Assembly: GCA_964016885.1 (NCBI GenBank)
Contig: OZ024742.1
Span: 30,070,001 to 30,134,000, forward strand
Length of the DNA: 64,000 nucleotides
DNA from: Eledone cirrhosa
Taxonomy: Eukaryota
Direction of reading: 5' to 3'
Made by a program: the position numbers and the translations under genes
Notes under the pieces: generated by a model
Seen by the model: the letters and a program-made list of their open reading frames with translations, nothing else
Database searches by the model: none
Told to the model about the DNA's origin: nothing
Shown: piece after piece, positions 22,380-36,873 of the stretch
Numbering within the stretch: position 1 is the stretch's first letter
Layout: each line of letters starts with the position of its first letter

Positions 22380-22870
22380 AGATATGACCAGAATGTTCGG
22401 CTTAAAACAGTCTCTGTTTTCCATCAAGGTTTGTAGATCATCCTTGTTAATTCCAAGGTCTCTTGCTAGAATACCCTGGTATCTGAGCTTTCTGGTAGAG
22501 GAGATTTCCCACAAGAGGTCTGGAACCATCTCATCTTTGGGGCAGAAGCAGTGACCAGCAAACCTTGTACGACATTCAGTCAGTCGTGTACTTACTTTAG
22601 GCTATCTACATGGTCGTGCTTAGGGGTCTATTCTGTCCTTATAATTCATGACCAACTGAGAATGGTCAAATGTTTCTCTATGTTTATTACATTGTTTGCA
22701 CTTGATGCTAGTCTCTTCGTACATTATTTTGATTCTTATTAGTTATATTTTCTGGCTAAGTATTGATCCTCTGCAGCTAAATTAAGACCTACAGTTTCTA
22801 CTTTTAGCATAGAGCACTTGAACTATTGCTGGCTTTCACGCCGACTTACTTCCTGTCTGTCTAGTCTTAG
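22380..22870 (-). mobile_element. Decayed RTE-type LINE 3' fragment
   Basis: Minus frame CRTRFAGHCFCPKDEMVPDLLW...ARDLGINKDDLQTLMENRDCF resembles the RTE 'RLRFAGH..R' C-terminal region. Confidence 0.6.
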
Positions 22871-23429
22871 AAGATATCGGCCGTGGACTGTTTTTCTCTG
22901 TATTTCGTCTTTGGAGTATGTTTGTGTTTCATTTTGATTTTGTTATTGGCTATATTTGTTTTGTTTTTATTTTGTTAGTTTGTCTTTTTAACTTTTCTGT
23001 TGTTTCGTTCTCATCAAAGTTTTATTTTCTGTCTAATTAACATCAATTTTGTATTTTATTGTTTTCTTATACATAAAAATGTCGTTCTCTTCATCTACCC
23101 TTATTACATTAATTAGATTTCCATTATTTGCTTCTACATAGTTAGCTAGAACCACTCTTGTTACTTTCTAATAGATTTATTTTTAATTTGTATCAAGCTT
23201 CGTCCTCAATCTAGGCTAGGCACTCTTATATCTATATCCCTCCCTCAATCTGGGCATGTACTTTTATTCATAGTCCTCCCTCAATCTGGGGTTGGTGTTC
23301 TTATCTGTTAGTAGTTTTCCGATTCCCATGAATTAAGCCCTTTAAATTTATTTTTAGTCGGATCTGAATAACCTTTAATTAATTTGCCTTTTCGATGAGT
23401 AGCTTTCATGAATTTGTCTGTCTCAGACT

Positions 23430-23880
23430 CATTTTTATATCACGGCTCAATTTGTCAACAATTTTTATATCACCGCTCAATTTGTCAACAATTTTTATAT
23501 CACGGCTCAATTTGTCAACAATTTAAAGAACACCGCTCATTTAGTAAACAACTTTTTATATCACGACTCAGTTTGTCAAGAACTTAAATAACACGGATCA
23601 ATTTTTCAAAATATTTTATATAACGACTCAATTCAACAATTTAGATAACGTCACTCAATTCGTCAACAACTTTTATATCACAACTCAATTCGACAACAAT
23701 TTAAATAGCACGGCTCAATTCATCAAAAATCTTTACATCATGGCTCAATTCATCTCAAATCTTTACATCACGGCTCAATTCATCAAAAATCTTTAAATCA
23801 CGGCTCAATTTATCAAAAATCTTTAAATGGCGGCTCAATTCATCAAAAATCTTTACATCACGGCACAATTCATTAACAAT
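23430..23880. repeat. Degenerate ~29-30-bp minisatellite (TATCACGGCTCAATTTGTCAACAATTTT)
   Basis: About 15 diverged units. Confidence 0.9.
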
Positions 23881-23984
23881 GTTTCATTGCTTCTCCAGAG
23901 AAGTTTTAAAACTAAATGCACGCAGTTTTCGAAGCGTCGTCCTATCCTTTTGTTCTAGTTCTTTTATACTCTGGAATCAAATCC

Positions 23985-24120
23985 TGTCAAGGTCAATTTT
24001 GGTTTTCAGCCTCCAGGTATCAATATAATAAAATCCTAATCAAATATTGGTGGGGACTGGATACATTATATCCCTACCCACAAATTTCAGTCTTTGTGCC
24101 TATGTTAGAAAACATTATTT
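23985..24120 (+). mobile_element. Highly decayed family-A SINE fragment
   Basis: tcaaatcctgtcaaggtcaatttt...tttgtgcctatgttagaaa aligns loosely to 20868-21010. Confidence 0.45.
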
Positions 24121-24368
24121 TTTCTTTTGTCATATATTTTTGTTTTTATTATCATTAATTAATTAATCAACTAATTAATTAATCAATGTTCAGTCTCTTG
24201 CTTTTTATATTGCTTCTAGCTTCCTTTTCTCCTGTCTTTGGCGTCTAATTTTTTTGCTTGTTTTTTTTGTTGTTTTTTTAAAACTATTTCCATTTTAGTT
24301 ATTTTGATATTTTCTTATTTTGTCTTCTGTCTTCGCTTTTCTTCTTCGCCTTTCTTCATCCTTCTTAT

Positions 24369-24369
<1 letters not shown>

Positions 24370-24402
<33 letters not shown>

Positions 24403-24742
24403 GTTACTACTACTGTTGCTGCTGCTGCTGCTACTACTACTGCTGCTACTGCTGTTGCTGCTACTACTACTGCTGCTGCTGCTGCCACCACCACCACCAT
24501 TACTACCACTACTACTACCACCACCACCACCACTACTAGTACTACTATCACCACCACTACCACTACTAGTACTACTGATACTACTATTACCACTACTACT
24601 ACTACTACCACCACCACCATTACTAATACTATTGCTACTACTCTACTACTACTACTACCACTACTACTACCACAACCACTACTACCATCACCGCTACTAC
24701 TATTACCACTACTACTACTGCCACGACTACTACTACTACTGC
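24370..24742. repeat. (CTA/CTG/CCA)n compound microsatellite
   Basis: Read directly. Confidence 0.93.
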
Positions 24743-24854
24743 TGTTTTGACAGTAGTTATATCTTCTACATCTTTTTGATGTCGCTGGTAGTGTTTTTTT
24801 GTTATTTTTCTTTCTGATACATTACAACTGAATTTATAAACATTATTCTTTCTG

Positions 24855-25302
24855 GACGTCACATCACAATCTACTAACGTCACCTCACAATCTAGTGACG
24901 TCACCTCACAATCTACTGACGTCACATCACAATCTACTGACGTCACATCACAATCTACTGACTTCACATACAATCTACTGACGTCACATCGCAATCTACT
25001 GACGTCACATCACAATCTACTGACGTCTCCTCCCAATCTACTGACGTCTCCTTCCAATCTACTAACGTCACCTCACAATGTACTAACGTTACCTCACAAT
25101 CTACTAACGTTACCTCACAATCTACTGACGTCACCTTACAATCTACTGATGTAACCTTACAATCTACTGACCTCACATCACAATCTACTGACCTCACCTC
25201 GTGGTCTACTGACGTCACCTCGCAATCTACTGACGTCACCTCGCAATATAGTGACGTCACATCACAATCTACCGACGCCACCTTACAATCTACTGACATC
25301 AC
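24855..25302. repeat. 21-bp minisatellite (TGACGTCACMTCACAATCTAC) carrying CRE palindromes
   Basis: About 21 units, of which 9 contain a perfect TGACGTCA. Confidence 0.92.
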
Positions 25303-25334
25303 ACAAATAAAGGGCAACAGCCTCAAGATGCTAT

Positions 25335-25842
25335 TCGTACGCTGTAGGTGGACGAAAATACTGACAGTTTATGTAAAACTATTCGTCTAAACTCGCAAAC
25401 ACATCAAAACTATTTACACTGACCAATAGGTTCTTTGAACTTAATAACCCCTACTGAGGTTCAGGGTTCGATACTATTCTCAGATGTGGAGTTGTAAATA
25501 TATATATCCAATCCAATCCAGGGCCTTCTCACTCGACCTCCACCACTTTCTGTTTGGTTTTGGTCATGTGAGGGGTGTAGCTGTACTCACCTCGCTTGGC
25601 TAACTGCGAGTTGGTGAAGCTATTTAACTCATAGTTGGAGTAGATGGCCTTTGACTCTGAAGAATTCATCTGTATTTTAACAGCTCTTGTTTTCTTTTTG
25701 TGCTGCTGGGGTTGTTTACCCTCCTCGCCAAACCAGGGTATGATGGGGGGGGGGGGCTCATTTAGTCGGTGACCGCTCGAGCATGGAGCAAGTTTTACTG
25801 TGTTACGTGGTAGCAGTAGCAGGCAGAAGCCTAGCCTAACCA
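25335..25842 (-). mobile_element. Possible decayed RTE-like LINE 5' UTR plus endonuclease start
   Basis: Minus strand has a GC-rich leader, then KKKTRAVKI (RTE ORF-start-like) and a VSIF../RPPT remnant of an APE YAP/YRPP motif. Heavily disrupted. Confidence 0.35.
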
Positions 25843-26869
25843 AAATATATGTATAACTGTGAATAAATAAATAATTTATTGCTCGTTTTTTGTTGTTGCT
25901 GTTTATTTTTTTAATTCAATATATAAAACATATATACAGAAACAACTCACGTCAATGCATAAATATATTACGTCAGTATATTGAATCTATTGGTAAATAT
26001 AGTCACAGAGAAACGAAAACACTGCACAAAGCACATAAACTTATCACCAAACAAAATCGTAGGTTTAAGCACACAAATATTTGACGTCATTGCACAAATG
26101 TACGACGTCATCAAAGCAACAGAGTAACAGTTAGCATAGCTGGAATTAAAGCTACACTTAAACAGACAATAATGCACAGAGGAATATCGCCAACACACTG
26201 ACGCGAAAACATTGATTCTTTCTGCAGAATGTTTTAGCAACGGTAAGGTTCGTTTATTAGGTTATTCTACAATGACTTGATTCTTAAGACCTTATTAAAA
26301 GCATGCAAATATTGTGTATGTGTGCGCGTTCGCTTGTGTAAGCAAATAAATGGGCTCGTGCACGCTTGTGTGTCTGTGTGTGTGTGTGCGTGTGTGCATG
26401 CGTGTGTGCATGTGTGCACGCATGTGTGTATGTGTGTGCGTCATTTCCTCCATTGAAGCGAAATATCTTGTTGCATAGTAACGTATCACATTTCTGACGA
26501 ATAATATTCAATTACCAATTTCCTACGCACGTGAAAACATGTAATCTTTCTCATAGGTAAGCCTTTAATGACTTTGAAATGCCATTAAAATCTTACACTT
26601 AACATCACTTCCAATGAACTCGGAAACCATGAAAATAAAGGAGTAGCGAAATGTTACGCTAACAAGACGCCATTACTTCTCAAAATTATTCACACTTCTC
26701 ACGCTCTTTTAGGTTGAAAACAACAAATATTTAAATCGTTAAACCTCAGTTGTCATTCATGTGGTAAAACAAATTTCTTTTTGATGATGATAATAATGAT
26801 GATGATGTCACATTAGTCGTTGCTGATCCTGTTGTTGTTGTTGTTGTTGTCAGCAGCATTTAGTAGCAG

Positions 26870-27016
26870 TTCTAAGTTCAAATCCTGCCAAGGTCATCTT
26901 TAATGTTCCTCCTGTCGAGGTCGATAAAATAAAGTACCAATCAGATGGTGGGGATCGATCTAATCGACTTCCGGTCCCCGGGAAGTTACTAGTCTTATGT
27001 CCAAAAGTAGAAACAG
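26870..27016 (+). mobile_element. 5'-truncated family-A SINE
   Basis: B-box gttcaaatcc, core ggtcgataaaataaagtacca, end aaagtagaaac. Confidence 0.7.
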
Positions 27017-27269
27017 TCACTGCTTTTGTTGATATCGTGTTGCCACAAATCTGACCTAATCAAACAGACCCGTCATCAGACCTATTCCACTCGTGACCAT
27101 CCCATATATTTCTGGCCTAGTATATCTAAGACTACATTATTCAATATGTAACTGTTTCTTTCTTTGTTTCATTTAAGATATCGTGGTTTGATTTGAGTGA
27201 AATATTTATGTATATTTAGCAAGTCGAGTGACCTCTTAGAGAGACTTTTTGTCTTTTGCCCTGCTGTGG

Positions 27270-29080
27270 ATACTACAACTGGTGTAGTGTATGTTACTAT
27301 GACAACTATTACAACTGGTGTAGTGTCTGTTACTATAACAACTGTTACAACTGGTCTAGTGACTGCTACTATGACAACTGTTATAACTAGTGTAGTGACT
27401 GTTACAACTGGTGTAGTGTATGTTACTATGACCGCTGTTATAACTAGTGTAGTGTCTGTTACTATGACAACTTTTACAACTGGAGTAGTGTATGTTACTA
27501 TGACAACTGTTACAACTGGTGTAGTGTCTGTTACTATAACAACTGGTCTAGTGACTGTTACTATGACAACTGTTATAACTAGTGTAGTGACTGTTACAAC
27601 TGGTGTAGTGTATGTTACTATGACAGCTGTTATAACTAGTGTAGTGTCTGTTACTATGACAACTTTTACAACTGGTGTAGTGTATGTTACTATGACAACT
27701 GTTACAACTGGTGTAGTGTACGTTACTATAACAACTGGTCTAGTGACTGTTACTATGACAACTGTTATAACTGGTGTAGTGTCTGTTACTATGACAGCTG
27801 TTACAACTGGTGTAGTGCCTGTTACTATGACAACTGTTACAACTGGTGTAGAGTATGTTACTATGACAGCTGTTATAACAAGTGTAGTGTCTGTTACTAT
27901 GACAGCTGTTATAACAAGTGTAGTGTCTGTTACTATGACAGCTGTTATAACAAGTGTAGTGTCTGTTACTATGACAGCTGTTATAACTGGTGTAGTGTCT
28001 GTTACTATGACAGCTGTTATAACAAGTGTAGTGTCTGTTACTATGACAGCTGTTATAACTGGTGTAGTGTCTGTTACTATGACAGCTGTTATAACTGGTG
28101 TAGTGTCTGTTACTATGACAGCTGTTATAACAAGTGTAGTGTCTGTTACTATGACAGCTGTTATAACAAGTGTAGTGTCTGTTACTATGACACTGTTATA
28201 ACTGGTGTAGTGTCTGTTACTATGACAGCTGTTATAACTGGTGTAGTGTCTGTTACTATGACACTGTTATAACTGGTGTAGTGTCTGTTACTATGACAGC
28301 TGTTATAACAAGTGTAGTGTCTGTTACTATGACAGCTGTTATAACTGGTGTAGTGTCTGTTACTATGACAGCTGTTATAACTGGTGTAGTGTCTGTTACT
28401 ATGACAGCTGTTATAACAAGTGTAGTGTCTGTTACTATGACAGCTGTTATAACTAGTGTAGTGTCTGTTACTATGACAGCTGTTATAACTGGTGTAGTGT
28501 CTGTTACTATGACAGCTGTTATAACAAGTGTAGTGTCTGTTACTATGACAGCTGTTATAACAAGTATAGTGTCTGTTACTATGACACTGTTATAACTGGT
28601 GTAGTGTCTGTTACTATGACAGCTGTTATAACTGGTGTAGTGTCTGTTACTATGACACTGTTATAACTAGTGTAGTGTCTGTTACTATGACAGCTGTTAT
28701 AACTGGTGTAGTGTCTGTTACTATGACAACTGTTAAAACTGGTGCAGTGACTGTTACTATGACAGCTGTTATAACTGGTGTAGTCTCTGTTACTATGACA
28801 GCTGTTATAATTGGTGTAGTGTCTGTTACTTTGATAGCTGTTATAACTGGTGTAGTGTCTGTTACTATGACAACTGTTACAACTGGTGTAGAGTATGTTA
28901 CTATGACAGCTGTTATAACTAGTGTAGTGTCTGTTACTATGACAGTTGTTACAACTGGCATAGTGATTGTTACAACTGGTGTAGTTTCTGTTGCTATGAC
29001 AACTGTTACAGCTGTTGTAGTGTCTGTTACTATGACAACTGTTACAGCTGTTGTAGTGTCTGTTACTATGACAACTGTTA
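27270..29080. repeat. 36-bp minisatellite (AACTGGTGTAGTGTCTGTTACTATGACAGCTGTTAT)
   Basis: About 50 units, more diverged at both edges. Confidence 0.95.
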
Positions 29081-29593
29081 AATCTTTGTCTTGGTGGGTC
29101 TTAAGCACAGAACATAAAGGGATGTATGTGAATACCACATGGCACAGTGCTTAAATACCTTACCTCTACTTCAAATGACAGCTTCGATATAAATCCCCTA
29201 ATTTTTACAAAGGTGCGGCCATTGATATCGACCTAAATATATAACTGGTATGGAATTTACCGTTTTTTTATTGTTGAAAGACAGAAAAAAAATCGCAGTG
29301 ACCGGGTTTGGATTCAAATGTTAAAGATGATTAGACAAATAGCAGCAGTTTAGTCCCCTATTTTACTGATGTTGCCGCTACAAGGTCATTATATTAAGGC
29401 GGATTAAATTGCTAATACACCGGCGATTCCATAATAGAGTCAGAAACATCATTTAATTGTTCAATCGATAAAATTCCATTACAGAAATGATCCTGTTTTT
29501 ATTAGAATTTTGGGGGGTTTTCTAAAAGATAAGTATTTGTAAATATATGTGAAAATACGTGTGAGTTCGTTTATATATATATGTGTGTGTGTA

Positions 29594-29633
<40 letters not shown>

Positions 29634-29644
29634 ATTGTTATTAT

Positions 29645-31102
29645 GGTTTATTTTTGTAAATCACAGATGTTAACCGATCTGGATATTTCAGTTAGGGAGC
29701 AGTCAACAAGTTGACAGAGGTCCTTCACTACATCCTCTCCTGTGCCTTACATAGACAAGACCTTCTTTAAAACCCTTTCTGTACCAAGAAGAGCTCTTTT
29801 CTGCATGACCTGTAACCTTGTATCAATTACGATTCTATTTACACAGTCCACAAAACTGTCTCATATATATCCCAATACACTCCCACCACTAGAATCAGTA
29901 AAACATTTTTCATACCCCACAACTTTACAACCTCCTCCTTTAGTGACTCAACTTCTTCATCTTTTCCTGCTTTTTATATTTCACTCTACTCTTTCTTGGG
30001 ATAGATATATCAATAATTTGGACCTCTTTTTTTCTTCTTGTTCACAACTAAAATGCCTGGCCTTCTTGTCTTAATCATTCTATTGCACTGAATGGTGAAG
30101 CCCCACAAAAGCTTAAATTCGTCATTCTCTAACACCCCTTTCTGGTCTCTGCTTATACTATTTAGTTGCTCTGACAAACCTATATTTCTCAGAATCATCT
30201 AATGGGTATATTTGGCAACATTATCATGTCATTTCCTTTATTCCCGCTGTACCAACTTAACACATTCGCTTACAATATGGCTGACAGTTTCTACTTTTGT
30301 TTCACACATTTTACATAATGGTGATTTTATCGTTTTGTCAGCATGATGTTTAATGCAGTTAGTTCAAAGAATCTACTTCCTGCAAAGAACACATCAGAGC
30401 TTCAGTGCATCCTTTACGATCGCCATGTTTCAGCCACGACCAGCTCTTTTCCCAATCAATGCTTGCTTTAGCTCTGGTGTACTGGCCATGCATAAGTTTA
30501 TCCTACAATTCCTTTTCAAGTTCTTTATTCACTCTCTTCTCGCATTCATTGGGTGCTACAGCATCCTCACTCTCTTACTTTTGACATGTTATTACCCCTT
30601 AAACTTTTAAGGTACCAAACTAGGTTATTTTCTTCGCTTTTGACACAATTTTCACAACTTATTAATTCTCTACCTCCTTTCTTCCAACACAAAGTCTTGC
30701 GACCTAGGTATTTCCAAGTTTTCCTATCAATACCTTCCAATTCATCTTTCGCTCATTTAACAACTCATGCCATATAGCACGAGAGAGACACAGCCCACGT
30801 ATTTGTTGCCTTCATCTTATTCCTTCCATTCAATTTAGACGACATTACAAGTCTCGCCCACCTGAAGTATTCCCACATATGTGTATCTTTCCACTCACAA
30901 TTGTTTAATAATCTCGCTGTTTACAAGAGTTCAATCCCTCTACACTTTGTTAGTGTTCCACGTTTCAGGATTATAACACCATATTTTTTTTAATCCCAAA
31001 CTCCATCCCAATATCCCGACTAATCAGATTTACAGTAGATCTTAAGCTGTCAATTTCGGTCTCTTATTTCGTAAATGACTTTAAATCATTAATGAATAAC
31101 AG
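29645..31102 (-). mobile_element. Decayed, 5'-truncated R4/Dong-clade non-LTR element (RT plus restriction-like endonuclease)
   Basis: Minus-strand remnants NLLFINDLK (HLLFMDDLK-like), VLENDEFKLLWGFTIQCNRMIKTRRPGILVV and MQKRALLGTERVLKK. TAA-like repeats at both ends. Confidence 0.8.
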
Positions 31103-31116
31103 ATTATTATAATAGA

Positions 31117-31310
31117 GGGCAGTGGATTGGCAGAATCGGTAGAGCATCGGATAACATGCTTTGCGGCATAAAATTACGGCCCTTTACGTTCTGAGTTCAA
31201 ATCCCGCCGAGGTTAGCTTTGAATTTCTTCCTTACGGGGTCGATAAAATAAAGTACCAGTAACGTACTGGGGGTCGATTTAATCGATATTTCCCCTCCCA
31301 CAAAATTGTT
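31117..31310 (+). mobile_element. Family-A tRNA-derived SINE
   Basis: TGGCAGAATCGG A-box, GAGTTCAAATCCC B-box, same core as 20798. Confidence 0.82.
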
Positions 31311-31631
31311 AGCCAGTACAATATATAAGCGTGTGTGTTTGTTTATATATAATTGTGTGTGTGCAAGTGTGTATACGTGTTTGTATATAAGTGTGTGTGT
31401 ATATATATATATATATGTGTGTGTGTATCACATTTACACTATACTGAACTCTCTACAGTGCAATATATAAGTGTGTGTGTATGTATGTATATGTGTGTGT
31501 GTATGACATCTACACTACGTTAAACTCTCTCCAGTACAATATATCAGTGTGTGTGTAAGTATATATATTTATATATATATATATATGACATCTACGGTCT
31601 ATACAAAACTCACTCATTACAATATATAAAA

Positions 31632-31685
<54 letters not shown>

Positions 31686-31779
31686 TACAATCTATATTTT
31701 ACTCCATTGATCAACAATATTTCTCTTCTGTTCAGTTATGACCGTATTTTTGTTTAATCTTCTTTACATTTAAAGCAGT

Positions 31780-34605
<2,826 letters not shown>

Positions 34606-34696
34606 TATATATACATGTATATATACATATATATTCATATATCTATATATTTGTCTATATATATACATATATGCTATATATGTTTATATATATATA

Positions 34697-35503
34697 TAAA
34701 TGGAAAAAATGAAATTTTAAATTTCATTTCTCACTCTTAGTACGGCTGATACTTAAATATAAGTATGCATACGTACATACATATATGTATACAGACGTAC
34801 AGTAGTATGTATATACATACATACATGCACACATATATATATATGTACGTATGGGTTTACCGAACATTTATTATAATGTTTGGTTTGTTTGTAAACAAAC
34901 AGCCCGAATTAAGCCGTACAGTGTTCGGCAACCATTGTTGTCATTTTGTTCAACACTGACAAAGGAACAATGAACTAGATTCTAGCTTATTAGCTGTCAT
35001 CAGCACCGTATACCAGACGTACTACTATACTTCTGTATACATATATGTACGTACGTATACATACTTATATTTAAGTAACAGCTGTACTAAAAGTGAGAAA
35101 TGAAATTTCAAATTTCATTTTTTCCATTTATCGTTTTCGGTATGCCCGGCCGACTAACTCACTCGATATGCAAATTAGGCTGCTCATCCGTTAATATGCA
35201 TAAGGAAAGTATATACTTTCAAACGTTCAATCGACTGACAGGAAGATATATGGTGCTGATGACAGCTACTAAGCTAGAAACTAGTTCATCGTTCCTTTGT
35301 CAGTGTTGAACAAAAGGGCAACGATGGTTGCCGAACACTGTACGGCTAATAATTCGGGCTGTTTGTTTACAAACAAACCGAACATTGTAATAAATGTTCG
35401 GTCAACCCATACGTACATATATATATATGTGAGCATGTATGTATGTATATACATACTACTGTACGTCTGTATAAATATATGTATGTACGTATACATACTT
35501 ATA
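34697..35503. mobile_element. Nested inverted-repeat structure, Penelope-like pseudo-LTR remnant
   Basis: 34697-34800 is inverted at 35030-35130. 34757-35012 is inverted at 35247-35503. Confidence 0.7.
35252..35290 (+). ncRNA. Minimal hammerhead ribozyme fold with palindromic stem III
   Basis: GGUG CUGAUGA cAGCUacuaAGCUa GAA ACUAGU U CAUC. The inverted copy at ~34969-35007 has GAAU (broken core). Confidence 0.58.
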
Positions 35504-35757
35504 TGTATATATATATACATATATGTATTCATATATGAACACATATATATGTATATATATATACATATATGTATTCATATGTGTATACATATATATATAC
35601 ATATATATGTGTATACATATATATATACACACACACCCACACACATAACTTTCTGGAGGTGTTAAGTGGATGAGAGAAACAGGTGTCCTTGTGTCCTTGG
35701 CTAGGATGCCAGCGCATCACAGATAACTTCTGATAATCCAGTGAATGGTTAATCAAC

Positions 35758-36520
35758 TATTGCTGCTACTACTGATGGTGCTGCTGTTGCTACTGCAGTT
35801 GTCATACCTGCTGCTGTTGTTGTTGTTGCTGTTGTCACTCCGTTGACACTACTGCTGCTGTTGTTGTGTTGCTACTGTTGTTGTGTTGTTGCTGTTGTGT
35901 TGCTGCTGTTGTTGTGTTACTGCTGCTGCTGCTGTCACTTCCGTTGACACTACTGCTGCTGCTGTTGTGTTGCTGCTGCTGTCACTTCCGTTGACACTAC
36001 TGCTGCTGCTGTTGTGTTGCTGCTGTTGTTGTGCTGCTGCTGTTGTCACTTCTGTTGACTCTACTGCTGCTGCTGTTGTGTTGCTGTTGTTGTGCTGCTG
36101 CTGTTGTGTTGCTGCTGTTGTGTTGTTGTTGTGTTGCTACTGTTGTTGTGTTGCTGCTGCTGTTGTGTTGCTGCTGTTGTTGTGCTGCTGCTGTTGTCAC
36201 TTCTGTTGACTCTACTGCTGCTGCTGTTGTGTTGCTGCTGTTGTGTTGTTGTTGTGTTGCTACTGTTGTTGTGTTGCTGCTGTTGTTGTGTTGCTGTTGT
36301 GTTGCTGCTGTTGTTGTGTTGCTGCTGTGTGTTGCTGCTATTGTGTTGCTGCCGTTTTGTTGCTGCTGCTGTTGTCACTTATGTCGACACTACTGCTGTT
36401 GCTGCTCTTATTGCTGCTGCTGTGTTGTTGCTGCTGTTGTCACTTCTGTTGATACTGCTGCTGTTGTGTTGCTACTCCTATTGCTGCTGTTGTTGATGCT
36501 GTTGCGTTGCTGCTGCTGTT
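35758..36520. repeat. (CTG/TTG)n-rich degenerate minisatellite with GTCACTTCYGTTGAC units
   Basis: Read directly. Confidence 0.88.
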
Positions 36521-36680
36521 GTACTTCTCACGGCCGTTCCGTTGGTCGAACTGGAATACTCCTAGTCGAAACTGACGAAGATCCAACAGCAACATCAATT
36601 CTTAACTTACTACGCAGTGCTGCAGTGTTGCAGAGCAGAGTTCAAATCCTACCTAGGGTACAACTTACTTTGTAGCTAAT

Positions 36681-36759
36681 CTATGTTGAAAAGTAAACCT
36701 CATTTGGTCATTCCATGAGAGTATCTTGGTCAGCCCAAGAACGTTTCAGACGACCTACG
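36681..36759 (+). mobile_element. Right end of a mariner-type MITE (partial copy of 39223-39420)
   Basis: Matches 39343-39420 and ends cgacctacg|TA. Confidence 0.65.
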
Positions 36760-36761
36760 TA

Positions 36762-36873
36762 TACATACATACATACACACATACATACATACATACATAC
36801 ATACATACATACATACATACATACATACATACATACATACATACATACATACATACATACATACATACATACA
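36762..36873. repeat. (TACA)n left flank of the R4-type element
   Basis: Read directly. Confidence 0.96.

Noticed and set aside
25585-25670. Possible minus-strand exon ending GAG|GTGAGT
   Set aside because: The acceptor lacks a polypyrimidine tract, there are no partner exons or recognisable protein, and the region looks LINE-derived.
27197-29154. Thr/Val-rich mucin-like ORFs
   Set aside because: Translation of the 36-bp minisatellite, with frameshifting 35-bp units.
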